Positions 28,052-40,400 of a stretch of 64,000 bases of DNA are shown here, in pieces. The notes under the pieces are model-generated. The model saw nothing but the letters and a program-made list of their open reading frames with translations. It was not told the origin of the DNA and did not search any database. Each line of letters opens with the position of its first letter. The first letter of the stretch is position 1. The stretch comes from Utricularia gibba (Eukaryota > Plantae > Magnoliophyta), in the NCBI GenBank assembly GCA_002189035.1, contig CM007991.1, positions 4,898,001 to 4,962,000 on the forward strand, in the 5' to 3' direction. The translations under genes were made by a program, and so were the position numbers.

Positions 28052-28853
28052 TTTGCACTGCATAAATGCAGAATTGTGAGCTTCACTGAAGACTTTCTAC
28101 TTCAGTTAACATTGATCTGCCACCACCACTCTATCTTTAAACCTCGAAATTTGCACCACAAAAATGTTGAAGTCCACTACCTTGTTTCCACATAGGATCT
28201 ACTACTTGTATTTCAAGATTTCTGAAACAAGCTTTTGAGCCTCTTTAGCTTCATCAGTAATTCTTGGTGTGGCTAGGAGAGTATTAAGTAGGAGATCCCC
28301 ACCCGTGAGAAGCAGCTCCTATCTTGTTTCCTCTGATTCTTTCTACACGTGGTGCATCAGCAATGGCATTGGCCTTGTGAGGGTGATACTTGATCTCCAC
28401 ATCATAATCCTTTCGAAGCTCCAGCCATCTCCTTTGTATCATGTTCAATTCTTTTTGTGTGTCGATGTGTTTCAAGGTCTGATGATTAGCGTACATCATG
28501 CACCTCGAGCCATAGAGGTATCATCACCAAGGTTTTACAGCAAACATATCAGCACCTAGCTCCAGGGTCATGCATTGCATAATTCATTTCATGAGGTTTC
28601 AACTTCCGGGATCCGTGCGCAATGACTTTATCTTGTTGAATCAGGACACACCCCAAGCTGTCCTTTGACACATCATTGTGAACAACAAAATCCTCATCCA
28701 CCTTAGGTGATGCAGGAACACGTGCTGTAGAAAGCTTTTCTTTCAACATGAAAATGCTCCTGTCACATTTCTCACACCATTAGTATTTCAACGCCTCCTT
28801 TGTCAATTATGTGAGAGGGCTGGCTATCCTCGAAAGCCCCTCGATAAACATCC
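28052..28853 (-). mobile_element. Tekay RNase H and integrase-linker fragment
   Basis: [40 protein letters not shown]; QRRWLELRKDYDVEIKYHPHKANAIADA. Confidence 0.82.
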
Positions 28854-29160
28854 TGTAATACCCAACCAAACTCACGAAATTATGAATTTCCTTTAGGCTT
28901 TTAGGTTGAGGCCATTCCGTTACCAGGATACACCCTAATGCAAAGGTAATATTTCACACTCTTATAGGAGAAATTAAAAAAAATGATAAACCCTATAAGC
29001 TGATGCCACAAATTTCATTCCAAAAAACCATATTTTCTTAGGCTTCAACTATATCAATTGTACTTGAACAATTAGATAGTCATGCCATGCGGCTACTCAT
29101 ATATTAAAATGAACCCAAGGACCATTCCACATTATTTGGTTATAGAATTGTTAGAGAATC
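28854..29160 (+). mobile_element. Probable Tekay LTR 5' fragment
   Basis: Begins with the typical Tekay LTR start TGTAATACCC and abruptly ends the RT-RH fragment. No matching end with a TSD was found. Confidence 0.4.
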
Positions 29161-30327
29161 TGATAACACATATTTTTAAGTGATTGAGTGCATGGAAAAG
29201 ATTCATATTGTGCTACAAAAATTTAGTTTTACTACCTAGTTTTATATTTTTGCACATAAGTACCGCAATTGTGTTATTTTAGTCTTAGTTGGTACTAAAT
29301 CTATGATTTAGTCTCAATCTTCTAATAGTTTTACTCGAGCAATGCAGTGCAGGTCGCAACACGAATCCCAAGGAGCCGAATATGCACTGTGTAGTGGCAG
29401 AAGATGAGTCCAAATGTCTGAAAAGTGGTACACACAAAATCCAAGGAGGAAAAAGGGAGATTTTGGAAAAAAATGGAGGAAAGATGAGAGAGAAGGCAGA
29501 TCTCCCCTTGGAGACTCACGAACTACTTTCTGGAGAAGGTTTTCTGGGTAGGAAGACGCAGGAAGATGAACAGGAACTAAGCTCATGCTTGAAGATTATT
29601 TTCTATTTTCCAAAGATTATTACTCCTAGCTAAAATTAGCTAGCGACGTTTTCTAACTTTCTGTCGAACATTTCAGTTTCCTGCTTGTTTATCTTCTAGT
29701 AGTCGACTGAGACATGAATGCATTGTGGATGACGTTTTCTTTTCTATTTTCGTTTGTCTCAAGTATGAGTGGCTAAGTACCTGAGGGGTGCCTTGGGGTG
29801 AAGAGGGGAGAAACAGGCTAATCCATCCTTAGACCTAATAAATCATAAGTCACACTACTTCCTTAGCAAACCAGGATAGATCTAGGAGGGGGAGGTAGTG
29901 AAACCCAAATAACAACCCTAATTAGAGGTAGACCAAAGATTAGGGGGAAAAACAAGAATCCGGGTAGACCTAGATCTTGTGAGTTAGTTGTATGATTTTT
30001 TATTGATGTGAGCTTGTTTAGTGATAGGCATACATCCCCTAGGAGTCCAAAGGCATCACCCATTTCATTCCAAAAACTACCGAATCCAAACTTATTACTT
30101 TTCTTTACTGTATTTCATTTTAATTCGGCCTTAGTCCTAGCTAAGACCAATTTACCAACGTGACACTGATTTCATGCTTTGGCTAATCACTTGACAAGCA
30201 CCTGCTCTTCGTGTTCGACCCTAATCACTATGCTCATAATTGTTTTATGCTTGAGTGTGGTTAGGTTATAAATTTATTTGATAGGAAAATTTGCATTTAA
30301 CGACATTGCATAATTTTTCGTTTATCA
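29161..30327 (+). mobile_element. Solo LTR family A (copy A4, 1167 bp)
   Basis: TGATAACAC...CGTTTATCA with perfect TSD GAATC (29156-29160, 30328-30332). Confidence 0.92.
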
Positions 30328-31329
30328 GAATCAAATGCTTATCATGTGGCCTAGAGTTTGACATATTCTGATGCTAGATTTCAAATAAAATAACTAACTT
30401 ATGTATTCATCTCATATTTTATTTAATTTTTTTTTAATTTCACTTCCGTTAATAAAAAAATACTTTATGGAGTCTTAATAATAACATATCAATATTTACA
30501 TAATAATTTTCTATTATCAATACGAAAAATATTAGACGTCCAAAACAAAAGTAGATCATAAAAATTAAAAAGCAAAGAACTAGTTATGAATCAAAAACAT
30601 GTCTTTTGCAAATCCATTCTTTCCATTCGAATTGATTTCTTGTATTCTCCTTTCTAAAAAAGAGGGATAGTAACATAAATATAAGATTTCTCATTCTCAA
30701 TGGTTAATTTTTTAATTCGTGGATAGGAAAATAGATACTTGGGATCAAAATTTTGCATAATACTAGTGACATTTCTACGAATTTACCATCCTAATTAGTA
30801 TTTTCTTTATAAATGAACATTCTCCTCGATAGTCTCTAAAAAATCAATTACTAATGAGTATCTTGGTCTTCCAAATCACACTCTTTTTTATTTTTGATTA
30901 ATATATCAGTTGAAACATATAATAAAAACCTCATTAAGTTTATATTCTAAATCCACTTCAAACTAATCGACCACACTTGGGATAAAAAAGTGCAGACTTT
31001 TTCTGTTTACTTTGATTTAATTCTTGTACATAGAAAATGAGACTTTATTTCATTAATAGCAAATTAACAGGCCATTTTTTTTCACTCATATAACTATCTG
31101 ATTTAGTTTATCAACCTAATGTATAAATGAAACAACTCATTTAATCTTCTTTCTAGAAAGACAACTTATTGGAAAAAAAGATAAATTAAAGTCTATGTTT
31201 CAATGAATCACATGTATATATATTGATAATACACATTGGTGTTGGATTCAAACCCAGAACGATTTGGATGGAGCATGCATATGATACATGGATTAGAGTC
31301 GAACATAATGAACTATGTGCCTATTGTGT

Positions 31330-32250
31330 GAAGGTTGATACATGTTGTTTTTGTCATGGTTGAAAGATTTAGTCTAACTAAGGACTAATGAAAGTTTCTG
31401 ATAAAAAGGTAGTAAAGAAACAATAGGCAAATTCGATTACTAACTAGAATAAGATAATGCAATGCCTTGAAACTTCCAGGAGTTACATGATAATTGTTAC
31501 ACTTAACCACCCAACTTGATAATCATTCATCTAACAATACAAGGATTCAAGTTTATTCAAACCCTTGATTTTTCTAAGTTTTGGTCTACCTCTAATTAGA
31601 TTTCTTATGATGAACATAACCACTTTCCCCCTTGATAAGGAAATGGTTTGATTATTGAGTTAATGTAGTCTATTAAGCAATAATTATACACACTTCCTTC
31701 TCCCTCAAGGCATTACATGTATTTAACCACTCATGCTGAAATAAAAGGAAACACGTTTATTACATAGCAGCCAAAACATGTTCATGTCAAATTGCAACAA
31801 CAAGGAAAGAAACATAAATAGAAACAAAAATTGTAATTAATTTGCGTGGAAAGTTGAAACTACTCCCGACTAGGAATACTATTACTGATAAACAAAGGAA
31901 AGTTCAAAGACAAGCTTAGATCATAGTTTCGTCTTCTTCATCGTCCATGGTTTTGCTAAGATTTCCTACTCCATATCCTCCCCAATATTTTGTGGCGTGT
32001 TGTTCAAAGTGTGAGAAATATTTTCACATCTTTCATCATGTCCAAAATCCACCTTTTGTCATCTCCACTATACACTTTCGGCTCCTTGAGATTTGGATTG
32101 CTAAAATGTACTGCATTGCTCAAGAGAATGATTAGAACTAAGATTGAGACGAAATTTAGGAATAAAAGATGCAAACAATGCCACTAATCACAAAAATGCA
32201 CAAATATATAATAAAATCCGAGTTTTATAGCAAAATATTAATTATTTTTT
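31330..32250 (-). mobile_element. Older diverged family-A-related LTR remnant
   Basis: 32130-32240 matches the reverse complement of 7350-7470 (attagaactaagattgag...aaacaatgc..ctaatcacaaaaa...aataaaatcc.agtttt). Termini and TSD are not resolvable. Confidence 0.55.
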
Positions 32251-32789
32251 GTACTAATAGTCTTATCTCCTCGTACATGCAAATGTGTAATTCTTATTTT
32301 ACTCCTAAACTAATAAATGCTGCATAGAATGGTGAGAATACATGGCTAACCTTAATGGGCTGGTCCTAGATGAACAGTAAGTTCACCCCAACAAGTAGAT
32401 TAATGTAAAATAGGCCCAAATGTGTTTTTACACACACAAAACCCACTAACACTAATTTTCACGTTTTTGCCGATTCTAGTCCACCTAAATCTTTACCCTA
32501 ACACTGAAAAAGGACACTAATACTACCACTTTTGACACAACATCAGAAATTCAAAGGAATTTCTTATGGTCTAGAGAGATTGAGATGATTTAGATTGAAT
32601 TGATCCGTTGGAAAATTAGAGTTATGCATAATATAGATTAAATTGATGATTTAGTCTATGTTATGATTTCTAATGTTCTTCTAAGTGCTAGTATTAGCAT
32701 TATGAATCAAATTTGGTTAATTGATAAGCACAAGTAGATGTACATATTAAGCAACAAATGAAAGTGGGGTTAGTAGATATTAATCTTAG

Positions 32790-32965
32790 GTAGAACCAAT
32801 AAAGTCAAGTAGACCTAATTCTACATATTTCATATATGGGTATACCTAAGTGTGAAATTAGTGACGACATTAGGTGCTATCATAACAAAAAACATGAGAA
32901 ACGACTTAGTAGACTTAGGTTATTTGGAGTTGTGAGTGTAAAAATATTGAAGATTAAATTACGAA
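32790..32965 (+). mobile_element. Family-B-related LTR fragment
   Basis: gtagacctaatt...gacttagtagacttaggttatttggagttgtgagtgta...agattaaatt parallels 9255-9385. Confidence 0.5.
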
Positions 32966-33905
32966 TTTTAGTATTATTTTGTGCTTAAGATTCGCCCCTG
33001 CACCCAATGGAAGGAATAAGAAAATAAATATGTATCATACGCTTTCTGGTAACATCTTAGAGAAATATAGAAGAAAGGAGTTGTGTCCCAATATCTACCA
33101 TAACAAATGTGAAACAATGCGGCTTTAACTCTTAACATAACAGCTTTTATATAACTAGTTCTTTTAGGTGATTGAATATTACCTAGCTGTTCGGATACAT
33201 TTATGGTTATGGCTTCTTCGAACATAGCAGCTAAATAATCCCCACGTGTTACATAATGCAAATTACCCAATTGTATGTATCGTAATCATAGGTTTGGTGC
33301 TTGTACTAAACTATTCATCTTTTTTTTTTCTGGACAAAGAGATGAATAGGTTATATAATGAGCGCTCCTTTGTTTAATAATTATGTAAGAGTTAGATTTT
33401 TATGAATAAATTTTATCGAAACTCAATTGTCTTTTTTTAATAGAGGATAAGGTAATCCCTTTGAAAAACATGTTTAAAAAATGATATCAACATGTTAGGT
33501 GACTTTTGAGCTAAACCAAAACAAGAAGTTTACGAGTAAATGATAATCCCTCTTGGAGGTGTGAACCCTCAAGGAAATATCTGAATGTACGTGATCATCG
33601 ATTTCTAGACATAACTTTAATAATGTTAACTCTAGTGTCAGTTGATACCCAAACCTAAAATTATTCTCATTCTTCCAATAATCTTGAACAATTTGATTCA
33701 GAGGCTATATTAGGTCTTTTTAATAATCAGGCTTCCAACATGATGGTAATTCTGAAAGATCTGCCATATGAGAAATTTATTATTTTTTGAATCGAAAAAT
33801 AAATTAACAACAAAGGACAATAAAACAAAAAGATGGATTTTGAAAATAATAAAAATAAAATTTTAAATCAAGGTTCGATTATACATAAGTTTGCCTTTAT
33901 CTGTG

Positions 33906-35054
33906 TGATGGTGATTCTACAAGTGAACAGAAACCGTCAAAGTAATAAAATAAGATCGTATCCACATGGAATTGTTATTGGAATTTTCTTTTAAAAAAAA
34001 GACAGAAAAAAGAACGAAAACAAAAGAAAGATTTGGTTTGAAAAACAATAAGAAAATTGGCTTTAGATCCAGGATTCACCTTACTTAAAACTCGCCAAAA
34101 CTTGTGTATGTAAACCTTGAAGACTGACCTGCTTGCGCAAACTTTGAGGGTGTTATGCTAAAATAGTGCTACTCGGTGACCGTTATAGCACCGTCCCTTG
34201 TTTTGTAGGATTATGGAATCAACCACGCCACCAGAGCCATTTCACCTCTTGTGATAACCCATTTTTCCCTACACCCAAATCTAACCCCTACACCTCACAC
34301 CTCGCAGACAGATTAGGCATAATGTGCCTTACCAATGATTTCCGATTGAGCCCTTCTCCTTAGATGCTTGAGGTCAACCTTTGATTCTCTTACACTCCCT
34401 TCAGGTTATGTGATACTAAAGAACACGTTGGTAAAAAAAACGTTGCAAAAGACAGAATCAAACCTCAATTTAAATGTCGAAAAACATAGTAAAACAGTCA
34501 CACGCACAGGACTTGCGCAAGCAAGGCTTTACCACAGATCCTCAGCCGCAAGCGCCTACATGCGCAAACTCGACTCAAACATGGAAATAGACACAAAAAT
34601 AGGAAAGATTCAAAGTAAAAGTGGTCAAAGACATTTCTAATGATTGAGAGGGTGGGGTATTTATAGGAGAGTAGATCCAAGTTTTCGTATTGAGCTTATT
34701 CGATGGGCTTGGATATGATCTTCTATCCAAATCTCTTATTCAAATCTTCAAAGATCTTCTTCACATCTCTATCTTATTCACGAATCTTGGATGAAATCTT
34801 CATCGTTTGACCAAGTCTTGGGCTGGGATTCGTGGCCCATCAAGTCCATAATTTGGTGGATCTTGTTTCTTCTCAAATTGATCCAAAAGTACCCTAAAAA
34901 TCCACAAATACACTTTCTCTCCAAAAAGATCAAAGTAGCGTAAAAGATGTAAAATCAATTGAGAATAATAAGAAAGTGGGGTCTAAGATAAGTAAAAACA
35001 ACACTCAAGAGTAATGAAAGAACATGTTTTGGAACGATACAAAATCACTTATCA
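33906..35054 (-). mobile_element. Solo LTR family C (copy C2, 1149 bp)
   Basis: TGATGGTGATT...CACTTATCA with TSD CTGTG/CTATG (4/5). Collinear with C1. Confidence 0.85.
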
Positions 35055-35559
35055 CTATGTATACAAACTTTTAGGATTGATTCAGTTGCATAAATTTTAG
35101 GAATTTTATTTTAAAGGAGTGTAAATTGCTAATTGTTATAGCAACGTATATCGTTCAGTAAGATATAGAATCAACTATTTCACCATATTCATTTTACCTC
35201 CTTTTGATAACACGTTTTTATCATATTTGATTCTAGCTTTATAAGTCAAACCATCAAAGACAGATTATACTGAATATATCTTATCAATGATATTCGATTG
35301 AAAACTTCTCTTTACGTACTTGAAGCGAATTCGAGATTTTCCTATATTCCCATAGGGTTCTATGGTACTAAAAAATACATTAGGAAAAAAGTATTGTAAA
35401 AAAAAAATTTCAAATTAAATATCAAAGAACATAATTAAATAGTTAAATGTGTAGGAATTTTTGCAAATATAACTTCACGACAAATCTTTAAAAGTAAGAG
35501 ATTACATGTGCATACTTGACTTTATCATAAAAATAAATACAAAAATATGAAGAAAGATA

Positions 35560-35975
35560 AGAGAAAAGTAGTCAAAAATGTATCTAATTGTTGAGAAATT
35601 AGGGTATTTATAGTAGAGAAGATATAAGTCTTATGTTGACCTTGATTGATAGGTTTTGATAATATCTTTTATCTAAATGTTTTATTTAAATCTTTCAAGA
35701 TTATCTTCACATCTTTAATTCATCCTTTAACTTATTCTTATATTGAGATTCTGGATTTTTCAAACCTATAAACTATTAAATCTTGATTTCTCATCAAATT
35801 GATCCAAAAATATCTTAAAAATTCATAATATATAATTTCTCTCTGAAAAACATACAAATTAATGTGAAAGATGTAAAATCATTCAAAAATAATGAGAAAG
35901 TGAATTATAAATAGGTAAGAACAACCTTCAATATTGATCAAAAAACATATTTTGGATTGACATGAAATCATTTAT
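35560..35975 (-). mobile_element. Degenerate, AT-shifted partial copy of a family-C LTR
   Basis: gggtatttatag..., aaattgatccaaaaa, aaagatgtaaaatca and aaatcatttat parallel 34600-35054. Confidence 0.5.
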
Positions 35976-36889
35976 GAAAACACATTTTTGTTTTTTTGCT
36001 AGCATCATCGTCCGCAATATGTTGAGACATGTTAATAATTCGCTTACCTACACTTTAAGTGCACCCAACTGTAGAATAAAACACACTTTCAAACAATGAT
36101 TACGTATCAAACCACTGTACGTAGCGCATAAAGAGGAATCAATTCACAAGGAATAAGAAAAAATGAAGATTGGGTTCTTATTGAAGGATAGGATCCATGG
36201 GCTCTTTTATCATTACATCTCATATATTAAGCAATAATAGTATGGTACTTCAAATTATTTTTCTATGTGAAAAAAAAATTCTTTGTCGGAAAATATTCGA
36301 TTAGATATCAAGAGTGTAGTATGAAAGAAAATGCAAAACTCTTAGTTCATAAATAAAATAATTGGGCTGATAGAGAGATTATTATGTTGTAATTGTGTTA
36401 TTATCCATAATAGTTCTATCATAATAATAACTAACAGATACAAAATGAGTTAAAATAAACAGTAGGATCATTTACCATTAGTTCCATATGTCATTTCTAG
36501 GTATGTTTAAACATATCATGTATTTTTTTACATATGTTTTTATATAATATATATTTTTTTTCTATAAAATATACAAAAGTAATAAAAAATAATATAAACA
36601 TTTTTTTAGTAATTTAGACAAAGGAATGAGAGAACAAGAAAATAGAAGTAGGTAAAAATGGTTGGAGCAATATGGTAGCAACCTTTTAGGCCAATGGCAT
36701 TTCTCAAGGTAGTGAAAGAGGGCTAAGAAATAGTGGAGAAGAAATGATGACTAAATATATGGTGTAGTTCACAGGTTATTTCTTCTTATTGTTTATTCTC
36801 TCATTTCTTCTTCCGTAAATCATGGAAAATGCCTTTTCAAAGAGGGTATAGGTCACGGGTTGTTACAAGATACCATAACACTGAGGGTG

Positions 36890-37451
36890 GAGGTGGAGGT
36901 CTTGCTAGAACAAATGCTCGACTGTGAAATTGATTTCGAAATCACACTGCTAGAATGGATGGAGACAATCTCCAAGGTATCTTACAGGGTGTCACTCTTG
37001 GAAATAAAGGAACTTAAATCACAATTGGAGGACTACAAGTAATTGTAAAGAAAGGTTTCATCAGGCCGAGTATGTCATCTTGGGGTGCGCTGATGTTGTT
37101 TGTAAAAAAAAAAAGGGTGGCACAATTCCGCTATGTGTGAACTACAAGGAATTGTAGAAGCTCACCGTATAAATCACTACTCATTGCAATGCATAGAGGA
37201 CTTGTTCAATCAGCTATAAGGTGGATCACTATTCTCAAAGATAGACCTGAGATCCCATTACCATCAAGTGAAGAGTGAGGGAGACATCCCAAAGACAGCT
37301 TTCAGGACAGGTTATAGACACCACGAGTTTGTAGTGATGCTCTTTGCACTCACTAATGCCCTCATAGTGTTTACGGATTTGATGAACCAAGTCCTCCAGA
37401 TTTACCTAGACAAGTTCATGGTGATTCTCATTGATGATATCTGGGTCTACT
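36890..37451 (+). mobile_element. Tekay-type gypsy reverse transcriptase fragment
   Basis: [61 protein letters not shown] and [15 protein letters not shown]. It stops where the Athila LTR fragment begins. Confidence 0.82.
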
Positions 37452-40400
37452 CTAATAACACTGTTTTTATTATGTTTTTATATATGTTTTCAGGTGTCTT
37501 TAATAGGGTTAAATGTTGTTTAGTGTGCTATATGTATTTAGTTTGTTGAAATGTGTTTATTGTGAAAACAAGCTCAATTGATAACAATTGAGCTGAAAAC
37601 TCTTATTTTTTCTTCTAGTCCGTGTTTAAATCTTAATAGGGTAAGAGTTAGTATTAACTGTGCATTTTCTGCGTTGACAAGTCAAAAGGAGCAGAAAAGC
37701 TGAAAACAAAAAGCCAGTTTTCACCGAAAGTAGCCGACTTCTAAAAAAATAAGATCTGGAATAGAGATATTTCTTCTAGAAGCTCATGGAAAAGACAAAG
37801 ATACTCTTACTGCTCTGTGTCTTCCAATTCATTCTTGAAGGACATTCCAAGACTTGGTTTAACATACTTGAACCTGGAAGTATAAGGAGTTGGATGGAAA
37901 TGAAGAAAAAATTTTTCAATCAATTTTTTCCTACGTCTAGAGGTGATGAAATTCGAAGCAAGATAGAGAATATTTTTCAAGATTACGATAAGACTTTACA
38001 TGAGTATTAGGACAGGTTCACAACTCTTCTTTCGAGCTACCCACATCATAGATTTGATAAATTGAAGTAGGCAAATTATTTTTTGAAGGGTTTGACTGCT
38101 GCCCAAAGAGATAAATTGGATTCTACTGCACATATCAATATGAGGAGTCTTAACCCATGTGAAGGTTGGAAGAAAATCAAGGAAATGGTTGGACATTCCG
38201 GGCATTCTCAATTTAGATCTCGTGCCCAGCAACAAGTGAACGAAATGGGGTATTGAGAGAAGATGAAGCAGTAAGAAATGACAAGGACATTGCTAAATTG
38301 AAGGATCTGGTGAAGGGTTTATTTTTTGTTCATGCCAAATCCATGCCTTGTGAAGTTTGTGGAATTCTTGGACATTGCTCGAAGAAAGGAAACTTGGAAG
38401 AAACACTTGAAGGGGTAAATACCTAGGATTTACTCAACCGTAGCAACAATGATAAATGGAAATTCCTAATATCGTTGCAAAAAAATAGAAATCCGTATCA
38501 AATAAATTTATAATCCCTAATCCACACACAATACAAATTTAGAAAACTTGCATAGTGGTTATCGGGGTCGATCACGAAGAGCTTGTGCTTGTTAAGTGTT
38601 TTAATAAATCCATGATTCGGAATAACAACAGATCTTAGTCTAAGCTTGAACTAACAGTGGCAAGTAAGTTCAGTAAACAGAATCAGGTTTCAATGGGAAA
38701 GGTAATAAGTACTGGTTCTAACTTAGAATAATACGAAGATGCCTTAAGGATCTGCCAGTGGTGTTATGCTTAGGTGCCTAATTTAATTTACCATGTTCCT
38801 ACACTCACAACTTCAAATAACCTAAGTCTACCCAGGTTATTCATCATATTTTTGGCTAAGCTAGTCCCCAATATCATAACCAACATTACAATTAGGTCTA
38901 CCTGCATGCAAAGCATATAGAACTAGGTCTACCCGGTTCTACTGGTTCTATCTCGGACTAACACCTACTGCTCCCGTCTTGATTTATTGGTCTACCTCTA
39001 AACAAAGCATCTTAGTTGTAAAATTACTTGTTCCCCTCCTTAGGTCTACCCATGGATTGATAGAAACAAAAGCTAAGGAACAAACATAAATTTCATTATT
39101 AACCCTAAGCACACACCACCATACTTCACCTTAAGGCATCCCTAAGGCTTTAGCTACTCATACATGGAAAATAAAACATGATTTCATTCAAATAATATGG
39201 CGAAAATGACAGAAACATTGCAACCAAGTTAGGTACAAAAACTCGAAGCGTTCAGAAAACAGAAAGGAAAAAAAGATTGTTTTTTCGCCCGGTTGCTACT
39301 GTTCATAGCCTAGAATAGTAGCATTGGACTGGGTTCTGGTGCTACTCTAGATGATGAAGGCCTTCTTCTCCTCTTCTGGAACAGTAGCATTGGGGAAGAA
39401 GCCCCCCTTTGCATTTTGTGTTCCTCGCGTCTCTCTCTTCTCTTCCCGCTCTCCCCTTTTTGAAAAAAAATAATTTCCTCTCCTTCACTCCATTGCACTA
39501 TTCCTGACCCCAGCACTATTCCCGGCTTGAACTTGCAGACTACAGGTGGCGGCAGAACAGTGCTCTTTGTCTCTCTTCAGATATTGCACCCTAAAGCAAA
39601 GGATTTAGTCCACTTTTTAACATAAACACACAAAATTAACTTAAACATACATAAACATAAAAAACACATTTATCTAACCTAAACCACAATAAAATATAAC
39701 TATTTTGTATTATAAAATTCAGGAAAAATGTGTGTCATCAAACAAATAGCACCACCAATTTCATTTCAGCAAGGACAAATTGTTCAACAGGGGAATAGGA
39801 ATCCAATTAAGCTCTATCAGCCCCCACATCAGAGAGTCGACCAGCCAAGCACTTTAGGTGTGAAACCACCTCCTTCAACTGAAGAAATCATGAAGATGAT
39901 GTTGGAAAACAAGGCCAGACGTGATGCTGAACTAGCCAAAAGTGATGCTGAATCCGAAAAGATGATGAAGAGTCTTGAGAGGCAAATTGGCCAAGTTGCT
40001 ATATAGCTTGATGAACTGAAAGGAAATTCAGGGAAACTACCATCTCAGCCCAATGCTAATCTGAAAGCCAACATTTTTGCTATTGAGCTCTATGGTGGGA
40101 AGCAACTAATTGATCGAAAGCCCCTGCAAGTCAGAGCAAAGTGGTAGAAGGAGCTAGAATTAATTCTGAGGATAGGGTGCAGCAAGGAAAAGTAGCAGGG
40201 GAACGTGTTGTTAAGATCAAGAAAACACCTACTTTTCCTAGAAGATTACAAGCTAGTGCAAGGCAAAAAGAGAAGGACTCCATAATTATAGCCTTGGATT
40301 TTGCTATGATTACCATGAAGGCTTTGGATTATTTGAGGCAAGTGCCGAACGGGATGAAAGTATTGAAGGACATGTGTAGTTAGAAGAGGAAGAGAAAGGA

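Noticed and set aside
30600-30900. LINE RT remnant (ISHSQW..., EYLGLP)
   Set aside because: Only two short motif-like matches.
32974-33270. 98-aa minus-strand ORF
   Set aside because: No recognisable homology, splice context or codon signature.
28854-36867. TGTAATACCC...GGGTTGTTACA as one large nested Tekay solo LTR
   Set aside because: The flanks differ (CATCC vs AGATA), and the adjacent coding fragments are on opposite strands.
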